A stretch of DNA of 64,000 bases from Somniosus microcephalus. Lineage: Eukaryota. The position numbers and the translations under genes are program-made. Positions 1 to 13,375 of the stretch are shown piece after piece. The notes beneath the pieces are model-generated. The model had not been told where the DNA came from. It was given only the letters and a program-made list of their open reading frames with translations, and searched no databases. Position 1 is the stretch's first letter; every line of letters begins with the position of its first letter. The stretch covers positions 11,532,001-11,596,000 of the forward strand of contig CM126215.1 of assembly GCA_052327205.1 (NCBI GenBank), written 5' to 3'.

Positions 1-965
1 ACCTGCGGCCATGCAACAGGGACTCCTGGATCTGTGGCCGTGTAACCGGGGTTCCTGCACCTGTGGCCGTGCAACAGGGACTCCTGGGTCTGTGGCCGTG
101 TAACCGGGGTTCCTGCACCTGTGGCCGTGCAACAGGGACTCCTGGGTTGTGGCCGTGTAACCGGGGTTCCTGCACCTGCGGCCATGCAACAGGGACTCCT
201 GGATCTGTGGCCGTGTAACCGGGGTTCCTGCACCTGTGGCCGTGCAACAGGGACTCCTGGATCTGTGGCCGCGTAACTGGGGTTCCTGCACTTGTGGCCG
301 TGTAACAGGGACTCCTGGGTCTGTGGCCGTGTAACCGGGGTTCCTGCACCTGTGGCCGTGTAACTGGGGTTCCTGCACCTGTGGCCGTGTAACCGGGGTT
401 CCTGGGTCTGTGGCCGTGTAACCGGGGTTCCTGCACCTGTGGCCGTGCAACAGGGACTCCTGGGTCTGTGGCCGTGTAACCGGGGTTCCTGCACCTGCGG
501 CCATGCAACAGGGACTCCTGGATCTGTGGCCGTGTAACCGGGGTTCCTGCACCTATGGCCGTGCAACAGAGACTCCTGGGTCTGTGGCCGTGTAACCGGG
601 GTTCCTGCACCTGTGGCCATGCAACAGGGACTCCTGGATCTGTGGCCGTGTAACCGGGGTTCCTGGATCTGTGGCCGTGTAACCGGGGTTCCTGCACCTG
701 TGGCCGTGCAACAGGGACTCCTGGATCTGTGGCCGTGTAACCGGGGTTCCTGGATCTGTGGCCGTGTAACCGGGGTTCCTGCACCTGTGGCCGTGCAACA
801 GGGACTCCTGGATCTGTGGCCGTGTAACCGGGGTTCCTGGATCTGTGGCCGTGTAACCGGGGTTCCTGCACCTGTGGCCGTGCAACAGGGACTCCTGGAT
901 CTGTGGCCGTGTAACCGGGACTCCTATGCAAGTGCCGTGTAACCGAGGCTCCTGCACCTGTGGCC
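1..965. repeat. 29-bp minisatellite with 58-bp and 87-bp higher-order patterns, continuing beyond the window start
   Basis: Units CTGTGGCCGTGTAACCGGGGTTCCTGCAC and CTGTGGCCGTGCAACAGGGACTCCTGGAT alternate; the 29-aa periodicity of ORFs 553-1128 and 613-942 reflects an 87-bp three-unit block. Confidence 0.95.
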
Positions 966-1073
966 GTGTACGGGGCTCTCGTACTTTGGTAAGAATACTC
1001 TCTGTAATCCGGACTTTTTGATCAACCGGCACCACGCCGGTCTCGTCGGTGCCGGATAAAAAAGAGTTTCCTG
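966..1073. mobile_element. Right end of a TA-flanked Tc1/mariner (Tigger/pogo-like) MITE that hosts the minisatellite
   Basis: Ends ...GGTGCCGGATAAAAAAGAGTTTCCTG|TA and is colinear with the right half of the intact copy at 53994-54276. Confidence 0.85.
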
Positions 1074-2110
1074 TATTTTTTTTATTATACATCAAAAAAT
1101 GCAGACTCCATTCATGTTTATAAGCCAAGGCTGTTGTGGGTCACTGGTAATATCATAGTTGCCTTCAGCTGTTATGGTGATGGGTGTTTCCACTACCTCT
1201 CCCCTATTGGAAACCCCATTCCGATTCTCCACTGATACTAGCCCCACAAAATGTTTCCTTTTGTAAAATGTGGCACATTCCTGAATGCATGCCTACTGTT
1301 TGACCGGAAAGTTATTTCAGTCTGTACATCACTAGAGTACTCAGTGCTCTTCACTCCTTACTTCTTCAGAAATATAACTGTTGGAACGGGAAGAATATCA
1401 GCCAAAGTAAACGTTTCAGGTCAGCAATGCATGGCTTTGAGACAAGAATTCTTGCCTTCCAGAGGAAAAAAAAGTAAAGGAAACCTTTGATGGAAAATGG
1501 TGCAATGTAAACGTTTCAATGCACTGTGACTGATCTTCCTGAGGTTGTTAGTCATTGGGGAGGGGGGGATAGAAAGGGTTTAGAAGGGGGGGGAGAAGGG
1601 TGCAGATTTTACATCTTCCGAATAGAAGGAAAGAATGAAAATCACCTCGTGCTGGCCTTGTAAGACTTCTGGGTGAAATCACTTTTTAATTTGAAAAACA
1701 AGATTATCTATTGTTCTCTGTAATTAACGAACCGCTAACAAAATCACAAGAACACACAGCTTTGAAAAATACAATTTCTCAACCCAGTTTCATCAGTGGC
1801 TCGTGAATGACTGAGAAAAACAGGCATTCTACAAATTTTCGTGAAAGGAGTAATTTTACCCCTAGTGGTCAGGCGTAAAATAGCATGTGAAAAAGTTGGG
1901 AGGATGCTAGCCTTAAGATGGTGCAAAGCACAGGGGAAAAGAATGAGAAAAAGTGTAAAAGTGGGATGGAGGGAAAAAATAAAGAGAGCATTACAAGGAC
2001 CAATTTTGTAATCTATTGGAGTAAAGCTGTTGAAATAATTGAGAATAAGAATTTCTGTATTCTTGCACTGAATGAGCACTTGTAGGGATTCCTTCCTCTT
2101 ATTCTTGGTA

Positions 2111-2398
2111 CAGTGAACTCTTTCTTATCCGGTACCTATGGGATGGTGCCGGTTGATGACAAATTCTGGATAACAGAGAGGTTTACCCACCAAGGCAATT
2201 TTTAACACAAACAAAAATAAAAAATCAAGAAATGTACTGTATAATTGGGTACTCACCTACAGAATGTTCCGTTAAATGTATGGTAGAATCGGCAAGATTA
2301 CCAGTTATTGAGGTGTTATTTTGTATTGAGATATATCTATTTTGCCGGTTATTAAAGTATTCCGGATGATAAAGTGCCGTTTAAACAAGAGTTTATTG
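2111..2398. mobile_element. TA-flanked Tc1/mariner-type MITE
   Basis: TA|CAGTGAACTCTTTCTTATCCGG ... GTGCCGTTTAAACAAGAGTTTATTG|TA; interior resembles 9953-10467. Confidence 0.8.
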
Positions 2399-2726
2399 TA
2401 TTTGGCAACATCTATTAAAGACTACCAGAAAGTGTTAGCTCTCTTTATCAGAAGGTAGCTAGGTATACAACGCAATTAAAAGTTCTAACAATACTTTTGA
2501 TTAAATACTCCAGGATGACCGTAGAATCAGAGAAATTACAGCACAGAGGGTGGTCATTTGATCCCTCATCTGTGCTGGTACTGGCTCTTCAATGAAAACT
2601 GTCTACGCTAATCCCATTTACCTGCCCTTTCCACAAAGGCTATTATATTCTTGTTCAAATACTTACTTAATTTCCCTGTAAATGTTGAAGTCTCTTCCTC
2701 AATAATCACTTGTGCTAAAACATTCT

Positions 2727-3446
2727 GGCCCGTATTTTCCGATGCCTACGGGTGTGTACAAGCTGTGTACGCACCCGTAGGGACATCGGAAATGCTGCCT
2801 TCAGGCATGCAAAGCGCATGCGCTGAAAACCGGCGTTTCCGACCTGTCAAGAGGCCTCTACGGTGGAGAGTTCCGCTTTCTGCAGAACCTCCGCCAGCTG
2901 AAAACCCTTAGAAATCTTATGCCTGGTAAAAGTGTCAGGCGTAAGGCCTGCTTTTACCAGCATAAGAGTTGAAAAAAGTTTAAAAAAAAATGTTTTTCAC
3001 TCATTTATAATTTAAAAATACTTTTAAAAAAGGTAAGTTTATTTTTAGCCTCGTAAAATTTTAAAACTTTTTTTAAAATTAAATTTTTGTTTAAAATATT
3101 TAATTTAATGTAATTTTAACTCATTTTAAAAACGTGATGGTTTTTTAAACATTTATTTAATGTTTTAGTGTCTTTTTGGGGTGATCTCCATTCATATATT
3201 TGACAGGTCTATCTGTCAAAAGTATGAAGGGAGATTCCCTTATATTGGCTGGCCTGGCCCACGTGATCCCAGGGACGTTTGCGAACCGCCTGCGCCTCTG
3301 GGATACGTGGGCCCTGCGCATTTCGATTGCGGAGAGGCCCAAGAGCGGAAGTGTCCGGACCTTGGGAGCCCTCAGGTAAGAGCGTAGATTTTTTTTTGAT
3401 AGGAGGCCTCCGCACGCAGGAAGCCTCCTATCGGAAATTAGGGGCC
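2727..3446. mobile_element. Non-autonomous PIF/Harbinger-type MITE
   Basis: TCT|GGCCCGTATTTTCCGA ... TCGGAAATTAGGGGCC|TCT; 3-bp TSD; AT-rich centre. Confidence 0.8.
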
Positions 3447-3778
3447 TCTATGTTCTATAATTCCCTGTCTGAAAAAAAATTCTTCCAACTTCCCCCTTTC
3501 TTCTGCGAATAACAATTATCAGTTGGCGGCTCCTTGTTGCAGATTCACAAACAATGGCCTGGATTTTGCGGTCAGCGGCGAAGGAACGGCGCTCGCTGTT
3601 CACTGCTCTGACAGCTGCCAACAGAGTTTTTTGGGCTTTTGAGCAGAGACTTGCTGTCATCGGGCATCTGATCCAGTGCGGCGCCCTTTACAGGGGATCT
3701 GTAGCGTCTGTGAGCAGAACAAGAAAACAGTGAGGCTCTTCAACCAAACAGATTGAAGAATCCTCACTGAGACACACA

Positions 3779-4564
3779 GGGCTGGATTTTCATTGAGGAG
3801 TCAGGTAGGAGGCGGGACTACAACTTTTGGGGTTGTAGTCCCGCCTCCATCAAGTTCTAGCCAACCCACGCGATTTTGACTTGATTGACCAGTGGGCTCA
3901 GCAGACCAATTAAGGGCCACCCGGCAACAGGTGACGTCACAGATTGAAATTTCATCTGTCAACAGCTCTTTGAAGCTGTCAAACACTGACAATCTGTACT
4001 CTAAGTCAATTCCTTCCTTTCAGGATGATTTAGAGATCTCTCCAGAACAGAAAGCTGCAGATTTTGACAGCTGGCGGCCATTCTGCTTTCTGTGCCGGTG
4101 AGATGAGGGACTCCCGAGACCTGAAGGAAGGAAGGCTGTAAAGGTAAGTAAAAGTTAGTAGAACTTCTTTAAACACTTTACAGAAACCAAACACCTCTGC
4201 ACTCATGCACCCATCACTCACCTGAACACCGGACATCTCAACCCCTCCAAGCCCTTCAGCCCGACGTCCCGCCTCGCTAACTTGGCGTGGTTTGGAGCCG
4301 TCGAGAATCCCACATTTCAACAATAAAAATAGGGATTAGGCTAAAAACTGCCTGTTAACTACCTGTTAACAGGCAGTTAATTGGCACTAATCCCCTTCCC
4401 GCCTCGGGGAGGCGGGTCCCAGTGCGGGGCGGGTACCCGCCTCCTTTGAAACTGGCATGGAGGCAGGTTGGGGACGGCATGGGGTCGGGACCCCCGATTT
4501 CGGGATTTTAAACCCCCACATGCCTCTCCAATCCCGACTCCACGGCCCAATGAAAATCCAACCC
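3779..4564. mobile_element. Non-autonomous Harbinger-type MITE of about 0.8 kb
   Basis: ACA|GGGCTGGATTTTCATTG ... CAATGAAAATCCAACCC|ACA; closely similar inverted copy at 57629-58461. Confidence 0.85.
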
Positions 4565-4844
4565 ACAGAATCTAAACCGGGAAGTATAAATTAGATTTAA
4601 ATCATGTACAGAAAGCGGAATAACAGTTGGGAAAGAAAGATGGGATTAAGAGAGAGAAAGAGATAAAAGAGACAGTCAGAAAAAGTAAACAAAATACTTT
4701 CTTAATTAAAAAAAAAATCTCCAACACTAATTAAACTCTGAAAGAATGAGACTTGTAAAGTAAAATTTACAGGGCCAGAGAGGTTGTTTGGCAGTAATTA
4801 TTACTTATTACGCCATTAACAATTCACTTACTCCTGAATTTTTT

Positions 4845-5222
4845 TATGGACGTCGCCGGCAATGTCAGCATTTATTGCCCATCCCTAATTGCTGGTGAGC
4901 CGCCTTCTTGAATACAACTGAGTGGCTTGCTAGGCCATTTCAGAGGGCAGTTAAGAGTCAACTACATTGCTATGGGTCTGGAGTCACATATAGGCCAGAC
5001 CGGGTAAGGACGGCAGATTTCCTTCCCTAAAGGACATTAGTCCTTTGATGACAATCCAGTAGTTTCATGGTCAGCACTGCGGATACTAGCTTTTTATTCC
5101 CGATTTATTTAATTATTTGAATTTAAATTCCCCAGCTGCTGTGGTGGGATTTGGACTCCTGTCTTCAGATCATTAGTCCAGGCCTCTGGCTTACTAGTCC
5201 AGTAACAATACCACTATGCTAA
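4845..5222 (-). mobile_element. tRNA-derived SINE with a LINE-derived tail
   Basis: Minus-strand A-box-like TAGCATAGTGG and B-box-like GAGTCCAAATCC; tail (GCATTTATTGCCCATCCCTAATTG) shared with LINE ends at 60160 and 62760; second copy near 23000-23245. Confidence 0.7.
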
Positions 5223-6629
5223 CTTTATCTGGTGTGTTTAGTGGGTAACTAGTGGGTAAGTACAGCAACTTCATGCATTAATTTCAGTGCCGAGTCTATC
5301 GGCGAGGACTGTTACAGAGTAGCCTGTGGAGGAGCAGGGTATCTCTGACAACAACTTCTGAATTTCCGTGTTTAGAAGGGCATGAGCGGAAGCTGGAATT
5401 TGCTGTCTGATTTACTCCATAATAATGGTGAGGGCTATTAGCCTGATTGTTATTATCAACACAAAATCCGGGCCAATGACAATAACCTCTCATTCTTGCT
5501 ATCATTATTCTGAATCGCCACGGTACCCTTCCCATCACTCTAATATCCATTATTACACCGGGGGTGGGGGGAGAGGGGGGGGGCGATGGGGAATTTTGAA
5601 CATCTGCCCAAAACAGGTGCGAAGTGGGCAGGGTGTCCGCTGCAACTGCCCAATAGCCGCAGCAAGCAGCCCAACCAATTCTCATACCATCGGTTACCTG
5701 TTTGCGTATTTCGAGCAGTTCGTCAATTGGAGAGGCGTGAAAATGCGTTGGTTCCAACGTGATTCCCAGCCTGTATAGTTAGGTGAAAGGGGAAGGAGGG
5801 GAGGCAATCCATGGGAAGACCCTTGGGGGGGTCAACTTTCGAGAGGACAGGAGGGGCATTCACGCAGTTCCTTTAGGCCACTCAACGCCTAGTATCACTG
5901 GGTGCAGTATGCCCAGCACATGCTCTGCCCATTGCTACATGAAAATGGCGTTGGGGGGTCCTACAATTGGCGCAGCACTCCGATTTATCTATTTTAATAA
6001 AGCCCACATCTGTTTTGGGTGGGAATGCTAGCTGCCTATTTCGAGGTACTCCTGCAAATCACGTGGCGCTGGTCTTCGCCGGCCACCCCATTTATGCTGG
6101 AAAACAGGGCGGGTGGCATTTGGGCATCACCCCTGAGGTATCCAAAACTGCATGCAATACTCAAACTGTGGTCTAAGCAATGTCTTGTACAAATTCAAGC
6201 TCACTTCCTTGCTTTTGTATTCAATGCCCTTCTATATAAAATCCAGAATCCCATTTGTCTTTTCTATGGCCCTTTCTATCTGAAGTCCCAGCTTTAAAGA
6301 TTTATGCAGCTGCATCTCTAGATCCATTTATTCTTCCACTCTTAAGAATCCCACGATTACCATTTTCTTCCTTTTACAGTTCTTTTTCCCAACATGTTCT
6401 GCTTCACATTTCTCTGCACTGAACTTCATCTGTCACTTATCCCTGCGCTCCTTTAACTTAACAACATCTTACTAGTCTCTTGTATTCTTCCTCACAGTAT
6501 GCGATGCTCCTTAATTTGATATCATCAGCTCTCCTGAAATGGACAGAACTGTCTCTTCTTCCTGCATGATAGTTTCCAATACTTAACCATTACTTTGTAA
6601 TACAAACCTTTGTGGATTTAGGTAGGTTA

Positions 6630-7755
6630 CACCAATCAGGTTGGGGCTCTTTTCTCTAGAGAAGTGAAGACTGAGGGGTGATCTGATAGAGGTCTTTAAA
6701 ATTCTGAAAAGGTTTAATAGGGTGGCCGTAAAGAAGATGTTTCCACTTGCAGGTGATACCAGAACTAGGGGGCCATAAATATAAGATAATCACTAATAAA
6801 TCCAATAGGGAATTCAGGAGAAACATTTTTTTACCCAGAGAGTGGCAAGAATGTGGAAATCACTACCACAAGGAATAGTTGAGGCAAATAGCATAGATGC
6901 ATTTAAGGGAAAGCTAGCTAAGTACATGAAGAAGAAAGGGATAGAAGGATGTGTTGATGGGATTAGATGAAGGGTGGGAAGAGGCTCATGTGGAGCATAA
7001 ACACTGGAATAGACCTGTTGGGCGGAATGGCCTGTTTCTGTGCTATAAATACTTTGGGGGAGAAATTGGGTGAGTAGCGCCACTTGTTAGCGCCTAAAGA
7101 GGCAGGCAGTGGCTGTAGCGCGATATTGAGTTGGGGCGATAATGGTGGCGTTAGCCTTTTGCGCTGCGCCGCCACCGATGACGTCATCGGTGTGCGCAGC
7201 GCCCCGTTCACGATATTTGGTTGCGAACGCCGCAGTTGCGCCGTTCGCTACCCGCGCCTGGTTCACGGGGCCTTACTGTGCCGGCAGCGGCGCAAGTTAA
7301 GGTGGAGGTGCGGGGCGGCTGATTGCGCCTGCCAGCACCTCCGTCCCCGGCCTCCTGACCACCCCCCCCCGCGGCATTGTCGGCTGTTTCCCGAGAGCCC
7401 GGCACTTCTCCTCGGTGCCGGGCTCTTTTGCTGGCATTCGCGATCGGGGATCACGCTGTTGCAGGCCCCTCCCCCTTAACAATGGAAGGCCTGCAGTACC
7501 GCAGCGTGCCGTGCCGCAGCGTGTGGCGCTGCGGCACGTTGCGCTGCAATATTCAGTTTCAGCGCCCTAAGAGGGACGCGGAGCGCCTCGAGTCTCGCCC
7601 CGTGTCCCTCTAGGGGCAATGAAACTGAATATCTGACGATCGCTGAAGACTCGAACGCTGTGCTAAATCCTGTGCTCAGGCGAACTTGGCGCCAGTTTGG
7701 CGCCTCAACCCAATTTCTAGGCCTTTGTACAGTACTTTGTAATACTTTGTAATAC
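6630..7755 (+). mobile_element. CR1 LINE 3' fragment whose tail repeat is interrupted by a Harbinger MITE
   Basis: Encodes the degenerate CR1 ORF2 C-terminus (LFSLE..RLRGDLIEVFK..FFTQRV..W..L), followed by a 3' UTR and an AATACTTTGT repeat tail. Confidence 0.8.
7056..7723. mobile_element. CpG-rich non-autonomous Harbinger MITE
   Basis: TTT|GGGGGAGAAATTGGG ... CCCAATTTCTAGGCC|TTT; the right TIR matches that of the autonomous element at 35935. Confidence 0.85.
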
Positions 7756-8118
7756 AAACCAAGTAAGTGAGCTTTGTGTTTGGTAGTTCTAGACTGCTAG
7801 ATCAGACAATTTGGTCTCATTTTGTGTTGCCAACAGTGACAGAAAAAGACTTAAAAAGAGGAGTTTGGAGTGACGCAGTATGCAGTAAATACATCTTCTT
7901 TTGAGGGAGATGCTAAGGTTAAGACTTGCTGCAGAATATATGGAAAACAAGTAATTATGGGATTGAGTGATTGCACTTGGAAAGCGAGGACAACATTTAA
8001 GAAAAGGGAAAAGGAAGTACTCTCAGGTCTCTGCCACTGTGTTCAAAATAAATACCAACTAGCATAGTCAGGGTAAGGATCTGCCCCCTTGAGTCTGCTT
8101 CATTTCTGTCAGCTTCTT

Positions 8119-9900
8119 GGGCCAGAATTTTGCCTCCCTCGGCGGGTCTGGTGTGGGCAGTGTCTGTGGCGGGTCACGACCCCGCTGCTGGCTCCATCCC
8201 ACTGTTGAAAATGAACTTACCTTAATGGGGCTAATAAGCCGGCCCCGCGCGTTACCCGGCCCAATTAGGTGGAGTGGGTCTGGTGACATCATTCATGGTG
8301 CGTTTTCAGCCGGGATCTTTAAAGGGACCATGGCCACATTACATTTGAAGTTTAATCTAACATAGTGCCGTCAGTGCACTGCAGCATTGGAGTGCTGCAA
8401 ACACTGACAATGACTGCACAGAGGCAGAGGGCTGCACCCAGGCTCTCCCATGACTCCCTCCTTATGCTTATGGAGGGAGTCAGAGCATGCAGGGAGGTCC
8501 TCTTCCCTTCTGATGGGTGGAAGAGACCGCCCCAGGAGACCAAGACAGCCTGGTTTCAGATTGCAGAGGAGGACACCAGCAGGGATGTGGTCAGGAGGAC
8601 CTGGGTGCAGTGCCGCAAATGTTTCAATTATCTCATTAGATCAGGAAACGTTAGTACAAAGCGACACTCAACTTCATCCTGCTGTGCCTCTCATCACATC
8701 CCCATCACTCTGCCTTCCCTACCCTACTCCTGCACATCCTTACTTACACCAACTTACCTTGTACCTCCATCCATCCCTCTCTCTTGATCTACATTATCAC
8801 ATCCCCATCTCACTAGCCACCCCTCACACTCACCCTCATCCTAGTGCAATCATACCAACTAACAACACACAAGGGTAGGCACTAGGGTGTTTTATCCAAT
8901 GTTCATGTAAAGTTTCTGTTAATATGGTGTCAAACATAAAAATCTTTATTTTCAACACTTTCCGGTCTTGGACAGATTTGTGTGCACCTTTGGAAGTGGC
9001 TTAGTGAGTTGCAGTGAATGGTGAGACATAACGGTACCCCCCGCAATGGTGAGGAGTGTGAAAGGAATGGCTTAGTCATTGTAGGGATGCTTTATGATGT
9101 TGGCATAGGGTGGTGCCAACCTGGCGCATCATGTGGCAGCCATCTGGGTGTACAGCACCAAGTGAATTAAATCTGGCCATGATGAGGCCATCCCTGGCCT
9201 CCTGGGCAGCAATGTGCTCGGGTGCTGATGCCCTCTGTCCTGTGCAGCATCAGGTGATTGCGGAGAAGATTGGTGTTGTTGTTGGTGCTGCTGGTGTGCC
9301 TGGTGCTACTGGTGTTGGGGCTGATCGTGGTGGGATTCTGAGGACCAAAGTGAGACAGTATAAAGGACATCCATGTTGATGGAATAGATGGCAGGTGAAG
9401 TAGAGATGATAGAAGCAATCTGTCAGTGGTGAGAGAGGTTCTTACAATGAGGTGAGAGTGGATGGAGACTTTGCTTGAAAGACTTGCAGCCTGCAGAAAG
9501 CTCAATCTGTGTTGCAAATGCAGTGAGAAACAGCTTCTGACTGAGGAAGGTGATCAGTTGTCAGGTGGAAGCTTTTATAGTACATTCCATCCTGTCAACT
9601 AATCAGCTGGCGCAATGGTCACGCAACTCCCGCCTCAGGTTTATAGATGTGCTTCCTGAGCAGCGTGGTCCTCGTGGGCATCCAGTTAAATTTAAGAGGT
9701 AAGTTTAAAAATACTCTTAAGTGTCTGACAATAAGTTAATAATTGTTTAAATTGTGTCGCCCGCCTCTGCCGGTTGGGTCGGGTCGGCAATGACAGACGC
9801 ACCTGGGGGAAAGGCGCGTGGGAGCGAGATGAAAAATACCAACTTTCCCACCAGAACCACCACTGATCTGGCCCGCTACCACCCTAGAAAATTTTGGCCT
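8119..9900. mobile_element. Internally deleted Harbinger derivative of about 1.8 kb retaining the Myb/SANT exon
   Basis: GGGCCAGAATTTT ... AAAATTTTGGCCT termini; ORF 8365-8787 contains RAAPRLSHDSL..LMEGV..REVLFP..W..IAEE..RTWVQCRKCFN; homologous to 54946-56711. Confidence 0.8.
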
Positions 9901-9952
9901 CGGCGTTTGGTAGGCCAATGCTGAAAGCTATTACATTTTCCAGTTGAAGTTA

Positions 9953-10467
9953 CAGGAATCTCTTTGGTGTCCGGCACCGACGGGACCGGGATGGCGCCGG
10001 TTGATTAAAAATTCCGGATGATGGAGAGGGTTATCTACCGAGGCTATTTTTAACAAACAAAAATAAAAAAATAAAGAAATGTGCAGTATACAGTAATTGG
10101 GTACTCACCTACAGAATGTTGTGTTAAATGGATGGTGGAAGATGCTTGATTAAGTACAGTGCTGCCAGTTGAGGGTAATCCATAACTCTTTAATTACTTA
10201 ACAGTAAAACAAAACTTATACAGTAAACGACTGTATACAGTACGGGAGAGTCAGACTCCTGTTATTGAGGTGTTCGGACTTCCAACAGCGCCAAGAAGCC
10301 GAGTAGTGGCAGTCTGGAGAACTACCCCCACTGACTAACTCGGCCACCACGGAAGACTTGGACTCGGCAACATTGCTGGTTATTGAGGTGTTGTTTTCGG
10401 AGTATGAATTTTTCCGGTTAATAGAGAATTCTTGATATTTAGGTGCCGTTTAAACGAGAGTTTCCCG
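9953..10467. mobile_element. TA-flanked Tc1/mariner-type MITE
   Basis: TA|CAGGAATCTCTTTGGTGTCCGGCACC ... GGTGCCGTTTAAACGAGAGTTTCCCG|TA. Confidence 0.85.
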
Positions 10468-11455
10468 TATTGTTATTTAATGCTTTGCAGTTGCCCCCAC
10501 CTCTACTTCAACCCTCCCAAATGGACACCCATATATTAACTATCCTTTTTGATCAGGAGGTAGTTGTGTACAACTCACAAACATCTTCACCTATCTCATC
10601 ATTGGCACTACCTGGGTGTGCAGCTGACTGACGTAGGACGGGGCGCCCTGCCTAGTTGTATTTTTTCTCTCTCTCAGGAGGCAAAACAACCAAGACTGAT
10701 AAAGTCATCCGCTAGGGAAAGCCAGAACATTCCCGTTACATTAGACTGGAAGTTGAGCTTACTTTCAATACAGTGCCGCCCCATTACAGGATTTCATATC
10801 ATCGTATAATTTTCTAGATTGCTGATCTACCGTATAATTATTTCATCATTTTTAAAATCATAATCACATCTGCTTAAATTTGTAAATGATTATTGATTAG
10901 GGTATTCAGGCAAACCACAATCTAACATAAACTTAATAATATGCAAACACAACCAAACCATCTTGCATCAGGTCTAAGATGCAAACTGCCTCATTATTTC
11001 ATTACAATTTAAACAAACCAAACTTGACTTAATCCTTCAATCTCTTCACACGTACTGTGCAAGATTTCGACAATCCTTCTCCTTTTAACCTTCTTTAAGT
11101 GCAACGGTCTTTTCTCATTTGCCTTTACTTCATTTCAAGACGTTTTAATGTCCTGTGTATTCCTTCAAGTCAAAGTCAATCATCATTAATTTAGATGTCA
11201 AAATAGGAGTGCTTTTCTATTTGGCAGCTTTTATATACAGTACACGACTTGTTTGAAAAAATTATACTGCTGCTTTGAACTCTACTTGTTTGGTTAAATT
11301 CACCCACTGTATGCTGTAACAGATCTGTCAGAAGAATGGTCCATAAAGGAACAAAAGGTTGGTCAACTACTACCCACCTACAAGCAATACCTGGTATCTG
11401 CCATCCACTGATTAATAGCAATAGCTTTCAAAGAATGCAAACTTAACAAAAATCA

Positions 11456-11803
<348 letters not shown>

Positions 11804-11844
11804 CTACAATGGCAGCTGTCTTTCATTCTGCCAGCGCATTTCAC

Positions 11845-12122
11845 ACTTCATCTAGAGCCGTCTTTTGTCTCTTAACCTGTCCTATTACCATCTCGTCTCG
11901 CCTTGAATATCTCTTAATGTCTCTTCACCTCCCAGACCTTCCCTTTTGTTCTTTCATCCCCTCCCCCATTTCCCAGCCCCCCAAACCCGCTTTTCAATCT
12001 GTCTCATTTCCTGCTTTTTTCTCAGTCCTGACGAAGGGTTTCGACCTGAAACGTTAACTCTGTTTCTCTCTCCACGGATGTTGCCTGGCCTGCTGAGTTT
12101 TTCCAGCATTTTCTGTTGTTAC
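11845..12122 (+). mobile_element. Penelope-like element 3' terminal repeat fragment
   Basis: Ends GGATGTTGCCTGGCCTGCTGAGTTTTTCCAGCATTTTCTGTTGTTA, the same terminus that flanks the Penelope RT fragment at 25770-26656. Confidence 0.75.
12024..12059 (+). ncRNA. Minimal type I hammerhead ribozyme-like motif in a Penelope repeat
   Basis: AGTC-CTGACGA-AGG(GTTTCGA)CCT-GAAA-C-GTT-AACT: CUGANGA and GAAA core boxes, a 3-bp stem II, palindromic AACGTT stem III and a partial stem I. Confidence 0.6.
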
Positions 12123-12989
12123 TACAATATTCTTATTTGCCTAATGTTTCACTTGTGCTGTTGATTACATTTTAATCCAGTTAATTACTATTCAATTTCT
12201 AAATGCAGCTTTACTGTGACAAAATAGAGGACAATGATCTTCTGGATTACTGCAGATCTATTTTCTGGAATGGGCAGATTCAAAAATTACTGGATCAGTG
12301 TAGCTATTCAATTTAAGCTCACGCACTGCACAACATTCCAGAAGGTCACTCAAATGTAATGTTTTGGATAGGATTCCTAACACACCAAACAACAGCAGAA
12401 CGTTTTATATTTGGACATGGAATTACTTGTAAGGATACACACATACTTTCAGAAATTTTACATCACTGTGTGCTAAATGTAGGTCCACAAAATTCCCAAT
12501 GAGATTTTTTTTTGCAACTTCGATGACTGACGGCAAAGTACAAAAAATATCCTTGCAAACTATCAATTTTACAGTATGATTTTGATTTTTTAAAATCAGG
12601 AATAAAGGTCAGTACAAAAATATTTATTTTTAGAAAATAAACATTGGAATACTGGTTTGTATTCTCTGTTTTCCTCTTATCCAAATGATTAAACAAGGGA
12701 TGTAAGACCTGGGCTTTCGCTGACCATTCAACATTGTGGTTCACTATTAAGTTCATTGAGTATCAACACGCAACTGCAGCTGAAACTTTAGGGGAGACCC
12801 TCCATGCTGTGAGCCGGTAGCAGAGGGTTGCAGCACTCCATGTCCATACAGGCAAATTGAAAAGTAAGTACCTTACTCTGGGTCACATCAGGCATCAGTG
12901 AGTTTGCGAAGGGGAAAGTTTTGAAGTACCACTATAACAATGACAGAAGTGAATTGTAGTTTTGTTTTTTTGAATGAGTGACTGTGCTG

Positions 12990-13375
12990 TAATAACCACT
13001 GGCAGACACACTGTAGTGGAGCAGTAGGAGAGGGTACCCCGGGAGCACAGAAGACATGCTGTACTGCAACAAATTCAGCTATAATAGCACAAGGAGAGGA
13101 AGTGAAATGAGTTGTTACAGATGGTTCACAAGCACCACTAGGGACAATGGTAGTGAAGGTTGTTAGATCCGTGTATCTTGATGTTGTGTGTCCTTCAATA
13201 ACTAGACAAGCGACTGCAGGGAACAATCAACAGGTAGTTACTGGATGAGGGTTACTCTAAAAACTAACTGTACAGATCCCTACTCAGGGTTTATATACAG
13301 GTGTGGTCACTGCCGGTACTACAGTATACAGGAGCTGTAAAAAGTAGTTCTCCCCTTAAAGGTACATACACTACA
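12990..13375 (-). mobile_element. Probable degenerate LTR
   Basis: On the minus strand it begins TGTAGTGTATGTACCTTTAAG and contains TATATAAA; no matching TSD found and the left boundary is uncertain. Confidence 0.35.

Larger units (their letters stand above)
3556..5474. mobile_element. Non-autonomous Harbinger-type element containing a nested MITE and a SINE
   Basis: AAT|GGCCTGGATTTTG ... CAAAATCCGGGCC|AAT; related copies at 59570-60649 (inverted) and 53024-53698. Confidence 0.8.

Noticed and set aside
1-965. CRISPR-like array or repetitive protein (ORFs 553-1128, 613-942)
   Set aside because: The units are contiguous with no unique spacers, the context is eukaryotic, and the ORFs only reflect a stop-free minisatellite.
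10655-10760. Plus-strand acceptor-like tract suggesting an antisense exon
   Set aside because: No convincing donor, reading frame or partner exon was found.
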